A DNA stretch of 64,000 bases from Eledone cirrhosa (lineage: Eukaryota): assembly GCA_964016885.1 (NCBI GenBank), contig OZ024743.1, forward strand, positions 59,706,001 to 59,770,000, in the 5' to 3' direction. Position numbers and translations under genes: made by a program. Positions 49,606 through 61,063 of this stretch are shown here, piece by piece. The notes beneath the pieces were generated by a model that was not told where the DNA came from, did no database searches, and worked only from the letters and a program-made list of their open reading frames with translations. How positions within the stretch are numbered: the first letter of the stretch is position 1; every line of letters starts with the position of its first letter.

Positions 49606-50146
49606 AATATACATATATACATGTATATACTCAAATTAATGAGTGAATAAAGGAGTTACAAGCCGTTAGAACAATTATTTATATGGCTCTTACACGTGCT
49701 TCGCCCAGAATGGTTCTTCAGAGGCAGAAGTTCCTGTGGTTATATTGGTAAGTATAAATACCGTTGAGAAATAATCACCTAAACTTAACATCAACCTCCA
49801 TTTTGTTCGAAAACTGTAAACACAAAGGCGTCGGTGGAAGGGAGATAACTCACAAAGGGAAATAATTATCCGGTGCCAGGCTGAATGCTCCTCAGTTCTA
49901 ATTAAACTGTTGAATGAACAATTATTAAGTTTTAATTTTTCAGCATTTCTGTATTTATATAATTGAGGCTTTCAAATGGGTCCTATCCATTTCTATGGGT
50001 GAAGAAAATTGTGGATAACATATCATAATCTCACGGAATTGAATATATACAGATGTCCATATTCATGGGATGGGACTCTATTTTAATTTAAAATATATGA
50101 ATACTAAAGATGCTGCACCAAAAGGATTGTCTCAGTGAAAGAGATG

Positions 50147-50605
50147 AGCTAGTGGGAAAGGCTGAATAAATTAAAGCTTACTCTCTGGAGCGGAGATGGG
50201 AGAGATATGCAGTGACATATATATGAAAGATCCTGGAAAATTTAGCACCCAACGGCGGCATTGAAGGCGGGACCAGTCCACGAACAAGACGTTACTGTGT
50301 GGTGCTAAAGGTCTCATCCGTCGCATCGGAACACATACTGCTATAGCCTGGGGTTCAATGTGAAAACATCAGAGATATCGACATGTTGTACATCTAGATG
50401 CTTTCAAGAGACATCTCGACATTCTACTGACCAAGATCCCTGATGATCCCACGTCACGAGGTGAAGCACTAATAAGAGCAGCAGCAACAAAACTCTCTTT
50501 TGCATCAATGACCAGCCAGGGAAGACTGGCTATAGAGAGTGTAGCATTGTGGCAGTGCCCCAGCATGGCCTCAGCCCCTCGGGTGAAAGCAAATAGAATA
50601 AAATA
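50147..50605 (+). mobile_element. Degenerate 3' fragment of the CR1/L2-group LINE seen at 7381-9886
   Basis: Matches the WERL...SLERRRERYAV...RAAATNSL coding segment and the 3' UTR gtgccccagcatggcctcagcc. Confidence 0.8.
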
Positions 50606-51384
50606 CGCTGAAAAATCCTGCATCTTGCACTATTGTAAATATATCTGATATATCTGTTGTTAAATATACAATATAAGCAAGGTTATGTTTGTTGGGGCTG
50701 CTTACACATGCAATTCGAAAGCTGTGAATATACTAGTTTAGGTTTTATTTCCTTTCTATTTGTTTCACAAAAGTGGACAAACACAAATATACCGTATGAA
50801 AATTAGCAAATATTTGGAAATATTCGGTAAATATGATTACACTGCTCTAGATGTTGAACGCCATGAATTATCTTCGGGATATATTATTTCTTGAGGATTT
50901 TTAGCTAGAAATACTGTTTATTTCCTGATAAATATTGACGGTGATAGGCATGTTGAAATAACAGGTGCTGCAATGTTATTAAAGAGACGAATCCTTTTGA
51001 CAGCTTTAAGCCGAAGTAGAAGGAATGCCTTGAGTAGCTCAAAATCAGCATGTAAAGTGTCGTAGCGTTAGTAGTTTTATTTGAAATTTGTATTACTGTT
51101 ACAAATGTATAATCTCTGCCAGGAGATGGCTGCAGTGAAATTAAACTTGCCAACACCTTAATTGCCAATAACGAAGTGAAAATTTGTCTCAAACGATATT
51201 GATGTAGAAATGTTCGAGTAGACATATATTTGTATTGGTTATGTTATAATGCTGAAGTTTTCGTGGAGATCTGCTGAACGTTTCACATTTTCTAGAAAGA
51301 TATAGATAGCACGAAAGAGAGAGAGTGAGAGATAGAGGGAGAGAAATAGAGAGAGAGCGTGTGTGTTTGTTAAAGAACACCTTT

Positions 51385-51520
51385 GGCTGGTTATGTGGTT
51401 CGCTTGTTAACAATCTGGTACTTGGTTCGATCTCTTGTGAATCACGTTAATCAGGTTTCTTCTAACTTTTCCCCGGGTCGACCAAAATCTTCCAAGCGTG
51501 ATTTTGGTTGACGGAAACTT
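51385..51520 (+). mobile_element. Degenerate SINE of a second family
   Basis: B-box-like GGTTCGATC followed by cccgggtcgaccaaaatc...gattttggttgacggaaact; recognised from memory of octopus repeats only. Confidence 0.45.
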
Positions 51521-51725
51521 TGTGCAAAATAGTTGGATTAACCGCTTCTTTCTACAACCCGGTTTAATGCCACTAACCGCCATTGGTTTTCGTTAAACGG
51601 ATGGTTTAATGCATCTAACTGTCCTTGGTTTTCGTTAAACGGATTACACTGTTTTTCACGCATTCATACAAAATACGTGATTTATGTATGTCCTTTTGCC
51701 TTTTTCGTTCCAGTCTCGGTGGACC

Positions 51726-51727
<2 letters not shown>

Positions 51728-51758
<31 letters not shown>

Positions 51759-51783
51759 GTCATCGTCGTCATCGTCATCGTCA

Positions 51784-51815
<32 letters not shown>

Positions 51816-52020
51816 TTCTTCTTCTTCTTCTTCTTCTTCTTCTTCTTCTTCTTCTTCTTCTTCTTCTTCTTCTTCCTCCTCTTCTCCTCCTCCTCCTCCT
51901 CCTCCTCCTCCTCCTCCTCCTTATTATTATTATTCTTCGTCGTCTTCATCTTCTCCTACACCCGCTACCTCCCCATTATCCTCCTCCTCCTCCTCCTTCT
52001 TCTTTTTCTTCTTCTTCTTC
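51728..52020. repeat. Compound trinucleotide microsatellite (CAT)n(CGT)n(CTT)n(CCT)n(TAT)n
   Basis: Directly visible. Confidence 0.95.
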
Positions 52021-52925
52021 GCTCACTTATTCCTGAGAGTATCGCGAAGACAGAGTCCCCAAACACGCCTTCCAGCGGATCCTCCCAGAAACAGCCTTTT
52101 TTAACTGGTCCGGCTAGCTACCCAAACAAGACCAGCTAACCTCCTGGATGTTATTCAACAATCTTGCTCTGGTCACCTGCTACGCGGGGGGCTCGGGTTC
52201 GATTCCCGGTCGATTGATTCACATGAATGCCTCGGTGTGTCGATCTGCAAATATCATGGCACATTTCCTCTCCCGCCAAAGCTTTAGAGGTCTTACCCTG
52301 CAAAAAGATAACAGTATCAGCCATGAAGATTATCATATTTTGGAGAAAGTGGTGCAGTAATAGTTCAACAACTGTAGGTCGCACATCAAGTGGTAAATAC
52401 AGGTTTGATGTAGATCTAGAGTGAGAGTCAATAGTGAGGATAAGTATTTGTGAGCTGTTTACAGAGAGAGTTGGCTGAGAAAGGATACACAGTAATTTCA
52501 ATAGTCTACAAGACGGAAATAAAGCTTGTAACGCGTGAAATTGTATAAGCTATGGTATAGGCGAGGTTTCACTTGATTTTCGAAAAAGCTTCCGGGCATA
52601 TTTGTTGGGACTGACGTGGGTGAAATTACTGTTCTTTATATTATTTTCACTAGTATAAATATGCCTGTGGTTGGAGGGAGGGGTTTATCTTAATGGTGGG
52701 CCCTTTCTTTGCCGCATATGAAGTGACGTAAAATGGATCGATTTACGAAAAATTTTATTTAGTGTTATAAATATTACCTGCAACAGTTAACATTCTATAT
52801 GATAACTTAGCGGAGGAAATGAATATAGACTTTCTTTTTTGAAAGCGAAATTAATATATTAACACAAAGGTTCTAATCACCCAATTAATATTCTCCTTAA
52901 TATAGTTGCCCATATTATTATGAAT

Positions 52926-53112
52926 GTGGATTGGCAGTATCGGTAGAGGGTCGGACGCCATGATTTCCAGCATAGTTACGTCCCTTTACGGTCTGAGTTC
53001 AAACCCCGCCGAGGTTACCTTTGTCTTTCATCCTTACGAGGTCGATAAAATAAAGTACTAGTAATGTACTGGGTATTTGATGGCCTTGTGCCAAAAGTAG
53101 AAACAATTATTA
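52926..53112 (+). mobile_element. tRNA-derived SINE
   Basis: Full-length match to 3402-3596. Confidence 0.85.
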
Positions 53113-54394
53113 TGAATATATCACCTTCATCTTCAGATTTATCCACTTTCGCAAAGTTTTCGTAATTCTATAATGAAGCAGGTAATTGCAGTTCTAAATA
53201 ATTAATATACTCTTGGTCTATATACTCTCAGCACTGCATTCATATTTCAAATTAGATTTTTATTCACACAACATCAAACATGCAAACACTTACTTAATTA
53301 TAGTTTTTTCATGTGCATGGCATCACTCCTTAATTAACCTAACCGATTTAGCTTTAGAAACATGCTAATTGTTTACACCTATCTATATACTGTATAATAC
53401 TACTAATTAGGGGTTTTCGTACTGTTATTTCAGCAAGGAGACAAGTGCATTGACAGTATCAGTAGTGCATCCGACATATTTTATGACATAGAGTTACGGA
53501 GTTTTATATTCCTAATTCCAACCCTTCGATGTAAGCTTTTCTTTTCATCCTAACCGGGTCGATAAAATGAAGAATCAGTCATGAGTTGTGGCCGATTTAA
53601 TCGACTTTCCCTTTCAAATTGCTAATCTTGTGTCGAATGTATAAACAATTATTTCAGCAAGTATTACTGAAGGGTATACCTCACTTTGAACATTTAAAAA
53701 AAGAAACATATTTTAAGGTTTGGTACGCATACATGTTCACATGTTTCTCATTATGTCTTAGATATTCACTGTATTCACTACCTACCATATTACTGAACAC
53801 TGACACTTTGTTTATCCTCGGAGATATTTCGGTTGATTGCATTATTTAGATCCCCTGCAGTGATTGCTTTAACACATATTTATGTCTACATAGTAATTGA
53901 TGGTTGATACATGGACGGTGCAAAGGAAAATCAACAGTACATTTTGTACTTTAACATAGTCACATGATATAATCTAGGATCATGGATGCATTTTCTCCTC
54001 TCAGTATATAATTTATTATCGAGGATGCTATAATTACAATTGCTGGCGCCACATATATAAGTGATTTTGTTGTGTGTGTTTATGCGAGTAAATGTTTTCC
54101 CGGAGATCAGTATTGCAGTTACTGTATTAATGATAACAAGAATAGGGGATGTCTTTTATACTATTATATTTACTTTCGAATTTTATACTCACTGTTACCA
54201 TTCAATAATTACATATTAAGAATGCGAGCACAATAACATTACAATTTAGAATGTTACCGACTGCGTTATCAATATTTTCTCATCTTTCTGTATGTATGTA
54301 TGTACATATATTTTCTCATCTTTCTTTATGTATGTATGTATGTATGTATGTATGTACATATGTATGTATGTACATGTATGTATGTTAATATATA

Positions 54395-54805
54395 ATAACA
54401 GATTAAAGTTTAAGCAAAAAATCGCTGATTTCATCCTTAACGGGATCTTCTGAAACTAACAAAGTCAAACTGTAAACGCAGAAGTGGATATTTCAAAAAA
54501 CGTTGCAACCGGAGGAAGACAGGAAGACGATACTTTGGTTCGTGGAAACGTTCCCTGGCAAAGAACGGGAAAAAAACGAATATAGTACGTCATTAATAGG
54601 AGCGGTGAAAAACAATTACACGCAAAGACAGGACCACGTTTATGGTATAAAAGAAGTCGTAGACTAATGTTCTCTTAGGTGGTTCATAGAGACATTCTCT
54701 GGCAAGGAACGAAAAAAACGAAGATAATACGTCATATGTGGACCGTGGAGAACAATTGCACGCAAAGACAAAACCACGTAAATGGTATAGCTGAAGTCGT
54801 AGACT
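54395..54805 (-). mobile_element. Second copy of the 10060-10330 element (hammerhead-like fold 54407-54457; internal ~140 bp duplication)
   Basis: Highly similar by eye to 10072-10330; the CAGAAGA core is retained. Confidence 0.78.
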
Positions 54806-55057
54806 AAAATTCTAACTAGGAAACCGAATGATCCTCCGCTTCAGAGTTCAGAATAAAGTAAATAAAACACAATACAGAGGTAAATGAAATGAAATAAATA
54901 CATACACGCGTCCATATACGTACATACACAAGCGAAAACACTCGCCATTGATATACAAAATCACGCACATATAAATATGTGTGTGTGTGCGTGCGTGTAT
55001 ACAAATAAATAAATAATTAAATAAACGTATTTAAATAAATAAATACGTATATAACAA

Positions 55058-55151
<94 letters not shown>

Positions 55152-55155
<4 letters not shown>

Positions 55156-55897
55156 CGAAGGAAATGTGGTAAGGAACCAGGTGGATCATAACGCACCAAA
55201 GCACTCAATACTTAGGGTAGTAGAGTGGGTAATAGGAACGAGTAGGACTCCAACGGCTCAGCTCAAGCCGTTTCGAAGTCTAATTCAGGACCCAAAAAAA
55301 AAAATTTGATTTTTGATTTTTTTTTTAGTCCAGAATCAGCCGTCGGGTCCTACTCGTTCCTATATATATATATATACGGAGAAATGGAAAAAGACGAATA
55401 CTGACATACATTTACGTCAATACTCACCTTTTTCCATTTCTTCGAGGGTTCTTAACCCCACTATCAGGCTAAATAATTTCTTTAATCTCTTTAGTCAAAA
55501 TACGGCGATAGCTTACATTTCTAATAATTATTAGAAATGTAAGCCATCGCCGTATTTTGACTAAAGAGATTAAAGAAATTATTTAGCCTGATAGTGAGGT
55601 TAAGAACCGGCGGACAAATGGAAAAAGATGAGTATTGACGTACATGTATGTCAGTATTCGTCTTTTTCCAATCCGTGTGACAATAACTTTTACCATATAT
55701 GGAACTACTCCCTGAGAAGCTCGGCTATTCATATACCAGGATAAAAATTGTCATTTAGTCCAGAATTAGCCGTCGAAACGGCTTGAGCTCAGCCGTCGGG
55801 GTCCTACTCGTTCCTATTACCCACTCTACTACCCTAAGTATTGAGTACGTTAGTGCGTTATGGTCCACCTGGTTCCTTACCACATTTCCTTCGTTAT
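55152..55897. repeat. Nested inverted repeats formed by Penelope pLTR copies
   Basis: Outer arms 55152-55291/55757-55897; inner spacer-less palindrome 55385-55670 centred at 55527/55528. Confidence 0.88.
55707..55802 (+). ncRNA. Type I hammerhead ribozyme candidate with extended stem II
   Basis: actcc-CTGAGAA-gctcggcta...tagccgtc-GAAA-cggct tgagctc agccg-TC-ggggt; GUC cleavage triplet at 55795-55797. Confidence 0.7.
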
Positions 55898-55987
55898 CGA
55901 GCTCCTATTCCCGTAGTAGAGCACTTTCCGACCGTACCACGCCGTATCCAGACTTTTCCGCTAAGCTCAAGTTCTTTCACCCGCACC

Positions 55988-58203
55988 ATGCTAAAACACA
56001 ACATCGACTCCTCCACCAAGAACATCCCAGTTCCGCTGAAAAGACTTTACCTTCGGATGCTCACGCAAAAAATCGACCTCTTTGCGAAAAGACGTAGATG
56101 GAGAACTTTTTTCTACGACAGATATTGCGACAATCAGGCCTTCGGTACCAAGGAGAGATTCGGATTTAATACCTACAAATCTCCACCTCCGAACTCTATG
56201 CTCTCACCCTTCGAGAATGACATTTTCCAACTCGTCAAGAACATTAAATTCAAACCCAGACACAACCGATTCCTACAAAAAACTCCGTAGCAACTTAACA
56301 GAGTATGATAACACCAATGACATCATGGTGCACTCGGATAAAACTGGTAATCTCTACTTCGTCAACCCCGACAGATACCACACACTGATCAGGAGCAGCC
56401 TAAACTCCACCTATAAAAAAGCTAACCACTCATGCATCGAGGACATAAATCGAGATGGACAACAAATTACCTCCAGCCTCGGGATCGCCGACCGCACGGA
56501 ACCCCTAGACCCACGGCCACCCTACTACACACTGAAGGACCACAAATCCGATTTCGACCGTAAACCTTCTATCAGGCTAATAAACCCAACGAAGTCCGAC
56601 ATAGGGAGAATCAGTAAAAAAAATCCTAAACCGCGTGATACCAAAAGTTAAGCAAAACGCCAGACTTAGCCTATGGGTCAACACCCAGGAAGTTATCTCA
56701 TGGTTCAGCAATATGGAGGACAAACGAGACGCAAAATTCATCCAGTTTGACATAGAGAGTTACTATGCTTCAATTACCTTACCGCTACTTACGGCTGCCT
56801 TGGACTTTGCCGAGACACTTGCGCCCATCACCGACCAGGAAAGAAACATCATCCTCCACGCCAGGAAGACAGTCCTACTTTTCGACAACTCCAAATGGAT
56901 AAAGAGAGCTCCCGACTCACCCTTCGACGTCAACATGAGCGCGACGGATTCGGCTGAGGTCACAGATCTTATAGGATTATTCCTACTAGTGAAACTCACC
57001 GATATGTTTCCTGCATTCGGCGGTGAATTGTACCGTGATGATGGGCTCCTTACCCTTAAAGGGTACAACCACAGTAGTACAGACCGGGCGTGTAAACAAT
57101 TAATCAGCTTCTTCCGCGATTGGGGATTTAAAATAACACTACACACGTCCCTGACCCGAGTAAACTTCTTGGACGTTACCCTTGACCTCGATAATGATCT
57201 GTACTACCCATACAGGAAACCCAACGACAAACTGCACTACATCCACCGCCAGTCAAACCATCCTAGGAACATCACCAATAACCTGGTTAAAAACATCTCC
57301 CTCCGCATATCTCGTTTGTCCGCCAATGAGCAGATATTCGAGGAACATGCGCCTTATTACAACCAGGCCCTCAAGCGGAGTGGTTTCCGGGAGGAAATAT
57401 CCTACTGTCCAGCTTCCATTAGCGGAACCAGCAGGCGACACCGCCGCTCACGCAATGTAACATGGTTCAATCCTCCCCACAACGCCGAGGTGACAACTCC
57501 TATCGGGAAAATCTTCTTTAGGCTCATCGAAAAACACTTCCCACTACAACACCGCTACCACAACATAATCAACAAAAATACCATCAAACTCTCCAACAGC
57601 ACCACACTAAACTTTGCACAAAACATCGTCTCCTCTAACAACAAAAAACTCAACCCCTATGGAAGAAATAAACTAAATAGCAGTGGAGAGCCAACCAGGA
57701 GGTGCAACTGTCCTGATGGATCCATTTGCCCCATCGACAACAGATGCAGAGATCGTAATGTGATCTACAAGTGCAACGTGAGGACGGACACCTCCAACAA
57801 AGCGTATATAGGATTAACCGCATGTGACTTCAAGACCCGGCTATACCAACACAGCCATACTTTCCGTAACCCGGCCCGGCGTCACGCCACCATACTTTCG
57901 GGCCACATCTGGGACCTCAAAGACAACAATATCACCTATGATCTCACTTGGAGCTTACTGTCCAGAGCCAACTCTTACACGGGAGGACGCCGTCCGTGCA
58001 ATTTATGCTCGGAGGAAACTTTACAAATGATGTTTTCGACGGACCAACTCCTAAACAAGAAAGACGAACTGGTAACTGCATGCAAACACAGATTGCATAG
58101 GACTTACCTGGCCCTCAAACCCCATAATGACCTGGGGGTAGACAAGGGCTGTAACACACCACTTGCCGACTTTGTAATGGGTAACCCCTGCTTGCAAATG
58201 TAG
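55988..58203 (+). CDS. Penelope-like reverse transcriptase/GIY-YIG endonuclease polyprotein (~737 aa after removing two single-A frameshifts)
   Basis: STKNIP, KRRRWRTFF, SDKTGN, IRLINP, IQFDIESYY, DSAE, LYRDDGL, VNFLDVTLDL, YRKPN, SNHP, CNC-x5-C linker, VIYKC...AYIGLT...FKTRLYQH, CNLCSEE; frameshifts in A6 (56277-56282) and A8 (56616-56623). Confidence 0.9.
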
Positions 58204-58900
58204 ACGTTAGATCTTCTTTCATATCTTTTTATCGCTTCCTCTATATTTCCTTCTTCCCCCCATCCCTTCCTAGTCCTTCCTCCCCAGTCCTCCTTCTTTG
58301 TCGTCGTCCTTTTCATTTTCTCGCCCACCCGAGGTAGCCCCTCGGTCCTTTGATGCCTCAGTACCCCCACCCACATCCCCTATTCTATGATAAAATTGGC
58401 CGACTCCGCTTTTTATAGCAGATGTGATAGACCCCAGATACTTCCTTCCTTAACCGATGGCTGCCCCATTTCCGTGCTTTCTACATTTCTCAGTGGTATC
58501 TCTGCTTTAATTTGTCGTATATCAGTATTTTTTTTTTTTTTTTTTTTCTGGATTATTTTTCCGTATTAAATTGTTCATATACCTCGTACGAGCATTTATG
58601 TAGTTTGCACTAGAATTTTTGTATCGTAGCGGCAGCCTTAGAGATAGTATTAGTATTCATTTTCGCGATTCTGAATTATTATTTCGTATTAGTTTATTTT
58701 TTGCACTGGGAGGTTGCTGGCCTAGTGCCTAGGGTGGAGGCAATTATTTCGTATTAGTTCGGGACTCTGAATTATTATTTCGTGGTAGTTTCTTTAGTAT
58801 TTTGGCTCCTCACTTGTTGACCTGTCACCGTAAGTTATACTCTGTTGATTACTACTGACACTGAAATTGGTCTCTTTACAATTCCGTCAATATATACACA

Positions 58901-59429
58901 CTACTGGACGTCTGTATACATATATGTATGTACGTATACATACTTATATTTCAGTAATAGCCGTACTAAGAGTGAGAAATGAAATTTCGTTTAATTTTCT
59001 ACGTTTATCGTTTTCGGTGCGCCCGGCCGATTAACTCACTCGATATGCAAATTAGGCTGCTCAGCCGTTAATATGCATAAGGAAAATATATACTTTCAGA
59101 CGTTCAATGATCTGGCAGGAAGGTATACGGTGCTGACGATAGCTAATAAGTTTGAAACTAGTACATCTTCCTTTGTCAGTGTTGAACAAAAGGGCAACGA
59201 TGGGTGCTAAACACTGTACGGCTTAATTCGGGATGTTTGTTTACAAACACACCGAGCATTATAATAAATGTTCGGTGAATCCATACGTACATGTATATAT
59301 GTGTGCATGTATGTATATATATACATACTACTGTACGTCTGTATACATATATGTATGTACGTATACATACTTATATTTAAGTAACAGCCGTACTAAGAGA
59401 GAGAAATGAAATTTCGTTTCATGTTTTCC

Positions 59430-59435
<6 letters not shown>
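58901..59435 (+). mobile_element. Retrozyme-like partial tandem: 427 bp monomer plus ~105 bp repeat, one hammerhead fold (59126-59218)
   Basis: 58901-59008 repeated at 59328-59435; tacggtg-CTGACGA-tagct aata agttt-GAAA-long stem III-cactgta; ends at (TA)n. Confidence 0.65.
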
Positions 59436-59465
<30 letters not shown>

Positions 59466-59831
59466 AACTTGTTTATAGAATTCGCTTGGCCTTTGTCACT
59501 CTAAGTAGAGCTTTAAAGAATTACCTTTTAAAGAATTTCCCTTTTCTTTAAATCCATCAACCATGACCGACCCCCAACCATCTTAAGACACGTGAAATAT
59601 AGGCATTGTTAGCTTAAGAGAAACTTAAAAATAAGGAGTGGCATCCCATTATGCACTTGTTTATAGAATTCTTTCTGCCTTTGTCACTCTAAATATAAAT
59701 TATAGCCTTAAAGCATTAGCTTTTAATAAATTCCCTTTTCTTCCAACCAATGACCTCCACCCATCCCACTCCGCAACCTCTCCTACGACCTGAAAATATA
59801 TAAATACCACAACACTTATTTTTGGAAAGCC

Positions 59832-59882
59832 AGATTCCTGATGATTTCTAAAGAATGAAACAGTTCTAGTCCTGTATAATCT
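59832..59882 (+). ncRNA. Type I hammerhead ribozyme with canonical core (in module B, 59463-59901)
   Basis: agattc-CTGATGA-tttct aa agaat-GAAA-cag ttctagtc ctg-TA-taatct; GUA triplet; the 43 kb copy supplies the perfect stem I (gaatct). Confidence 0.75.
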
Positions 59883-59902
59883 CATCTATATTAAAACTAT
59901 AA

Positions 59903-59981
<79 letters not shown>

Positions 59982-60679
59982 AAAGAGAGAGAGAGAGTGA
60001 AGAGCGACAGAGAGAGTAATTCAGTTAAATTATAGAGAGGGGGAATGATCTTACATACATACATGCATACATAAATACATACATATAAATTATAGATATG
60101 TGTGTGTGTGTTTGTGTATGTGTATGTGTATGTGTATGTATATGTGTGTTTGTGTATGTGTGCATGTGTGCGTCTGTGTGTTTTGTTTTGATGTTATACG
60201 GCAATTGGCGAAATCAGGTGTGAAAGTATGTGTGTGTGCGTGTGTGTGTTACTCATGCGAGCGACGACAGAAAAAGTCAGGGGGATACATACATTATTAT
60301 ATTTGTCTGTATTTTTCGTTCTGCAACCATTATATTACGATATTTGTATCCAAATGATTTTAGATGTATGTATTACCTGCTTGCCCGTCCCTCTGTGTCT
60401 TTTTCCCTGTTGCTCTCTCTCTCTCTCCTCTCTCATCTCTCTCTCTCTCTCTCTTTAGATGTTTGTGAGTGTGTAGTTTTGCTAATCTGTCTCTTTCATC
60501 TTTGTCTCTCTAAGAAGGTTCCCTTTTTATGTATGTATTACCTGCTTGTGTCTTGACCGAATTTGAAGGAGGTTATCCGTTTGAAATAAATATACATACG
60601 ACGCTCATCTCTATGTTGATATTGATATAAATAATGGGATTGATGTGTTAATATCTGTATACAACAACTACAACGGTAC

Positions 60680-60865
60680 GCGATGAGGCCCACCCACAGC
60701 CCCGGCTGGCCAGCTCAACGCCTATGGTGGTGCGTAAGGAGGTAGCCCTAGGGCCGAGGACACCAGAAGTCTCAACTGTCAGGGGTACGACTGCAAACCT
60801 GTTGGAGATTGACCGGTATTTGAGGAGTTTGGCCCCCACAGCCCGACGTGCAGCAGAACCTGGGT
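60680..60865 (-). mobile_element. Fragment of a CRE-like RLE non-LTR retrotransposon (endonuclease C-terminus)
   Basis: GC-rich island translating PGSAARRAVGAKLLKYRSISNRFAVVPLTVETSGVLGP, matching the AA..A..K..KY...F..P..VET.G pattern. Confidence 0.6.
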
Positions 60866-60977
60866 ATATATTGATATATTGAATGTAGTTACGGAAAGTA
60901 AAAGAGTGTTGTCGTCACATACAGAGGGAAGAGAGACAGAGAGTAAAGCAGTTAAATTTTAGAGAGAGTGAAATACG

Positions 60978-61063
<86 letters not shown>

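Larger units (their letters stand above)
55528..58560 (+). mobile_element. Penelope-like retroelement (probably Naiad-type): pLTR with hammerhead, RT + GIY-YIG ORF, 3' UTR
   Basis: See CDS; upstream pLTR with inverted copies; the 3' boundary is approximate because no downstream pLTR is visible. Confidence 0.88.

Noticed and set aside
49685-49725. Minus-strand CTGAAGA-accattctgggc-GAAG-cacgtg-TA hammerhead-like motif
   Set aside because: GAAA is mutated, stem I is poor and there is one copy; at best a decayed hammerhead, so not counted.
52170-52215. tRNA gene suggested by GGTTCGATTCC
   Set aside because: No complete cloverleaf; likely a SINE head remnant.
56635-58560. Selenocysteine recoding as reported for some Naiad elements
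   Set aside because: No in-frame TGA in the ORF, which ends in TAG; no SECIS recognised.
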